DNA of 62,864 nucleotides, the filler included, from Rhabdomonas costata (taxonomy: Eukaryota), in assembly GCA_019059605.1 (NCBI GenBank). It is 51 parts of 51 records of this genome, joined end to end, with 100 filler letters (N's around TTAATTAATTAA, not from the genome) between each part and the next. Parts side by side here need not be neighbours in the genome. Positions count along the whole stretch, not along the records: positions 61,731 to 62,864 come from JAHMHO010026914.1; 50 more parts are not named here. The stretch is one strand, 5' to 3'. The notes under the pieces were generated by a model. The model made no database searches. It saw only the letters and a program-made list of their open reading frames with translations, and was not told where the DNA came from. The position numbers were made by a program, and so were the translations under genes. This document shows, in pieces, positions 61,914 through 62,864 of the stretch (position 1 is its first letter; each line of letters starts with the position of its first letter).

Positions 61914-62864
61914 GTAAGACAAACGGAACCTTTTTCACGTAAAATTTTTCGCAGGGCTTTGCTTCTTCAATTCTTGGACCCAATGGAAGCTGGGAGGGGG
62001 GTAACGATTACCACCGACAACTGACTTAAATCTTTTGCTAAATAACAAAAAACCGGTCAGCACGGTAAAACATGTCAGCACCGTCGAAATGTCTTTATTT
62101 TTGTGTAAGGTGATAAGGTAAACTTTGCCAGTGCCCCTTAGATGATTCCTTGCATAGCAGCTAAAATCTAACGCCAGTTAAGGGGGGGGGGCTATGCTGC
62201 CAAATTCTCTGTGTACTGGTCATCGCACCGTGGGCAGAGATGTGTGGGCAGCGCGAAACATTTTCCTGCCCCTTGGACTTTTTTCTGCACTGAGGGAAAG
62301 GGAAGTGCACTGGCAGGTGCAGTGGTGGGTGTGGGTATCGGTACCAATGCCGGGGAGTTGGGGTGTCAAGGAGAAGACAAGGAGAAAGCAGAACCTGGTG
62401 TGACCTTCTTCGATTCCCTGAGCATTGCAGCTCTGGACTGTGAGGAGATGAAATGACACACGATAACACTTCGATGGCTCCTCTCTTCCAAAACAAAGTC
62501 GAACAAAAACACACAGAGAGTGGAGTCGCTAACGCGCGCTGCTGATAGAAAAAGTCCGCTAGGGACGAAAAATTTCAGATCAGCGTTTCCGATGAGAGGT
62601 GTTTCACAGAGAACCATAGGGACTATGAACGACAAGAGTTTCGTATTCCGTTGCAAGACACAATGAAGAAGCACTTGGTCCATTTCCCAAATACACACAT
62701 ATGTACATATGCAAAGGCAGGTGAAATCGGATTCCATTCTCAAGAGCGGGGATCGGGATTTGTCGACTATCCCCCCCCCCGGTTTCGATCGTTAAAGTTC
62801 ATTGTGGCAATCGTTAAAAATTTCGAAAAGTCACAAAAAAAATTTTATGGCACAAACCCCCAAC

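Overview
This window is not one locus. It is about 51 unlinked contigs of roughly 1.13 kb, joined by an artificial 100-nt spacer (44 N + TTAATTAATTAA + 44 N), so no gene-order inference across spacers is valid. The DNA is from an intron-rich eukaryote using GT-AG introns and the standard code. A euglenid-like protist is suggested but not proven by a wax-ester synthase-like exon and euglenozoan-style nucleotide cyclase fragments. Most contigs start with G/T-only and end with A/C-only tails, and several carry terminal fold-backs, consistent with primer-based whole-genome amplification. Recognisable exon fragments: voltage-gated Ca channel, ADP/ATP carrier, TYW1-like radical SAM enzyme, formate-THF ligase, prokaryote-type acetolactate synthase, DTD1, cullin, Dicer/RIG-I-like helicase, DEDDh exonuclease, CRAL-TRIO, LRR protein, two cyclases and a Vps11-like protein. 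Mobile or foreign DNA: a Merlin/IS1595 transposase remnant, a gypsy gag remnant, a CRE-clade non-LTR retroelement and an AT-rich virus-fibre-like ORF. Best leads: (1) the CRE-like ORF runs in frame into a ubiquitin-like sequence; (2) a ~210-bp repeat begins just after a GT donor in two unrelated genes (introner-like); (3) a 1008-bp circular or tandem unit of unknown function; (4) the AT-rich viral-like contig; (5) a probably high-copy repeat with a (TG)n tail. All family calls come from motif recognition by eye, not database searches.
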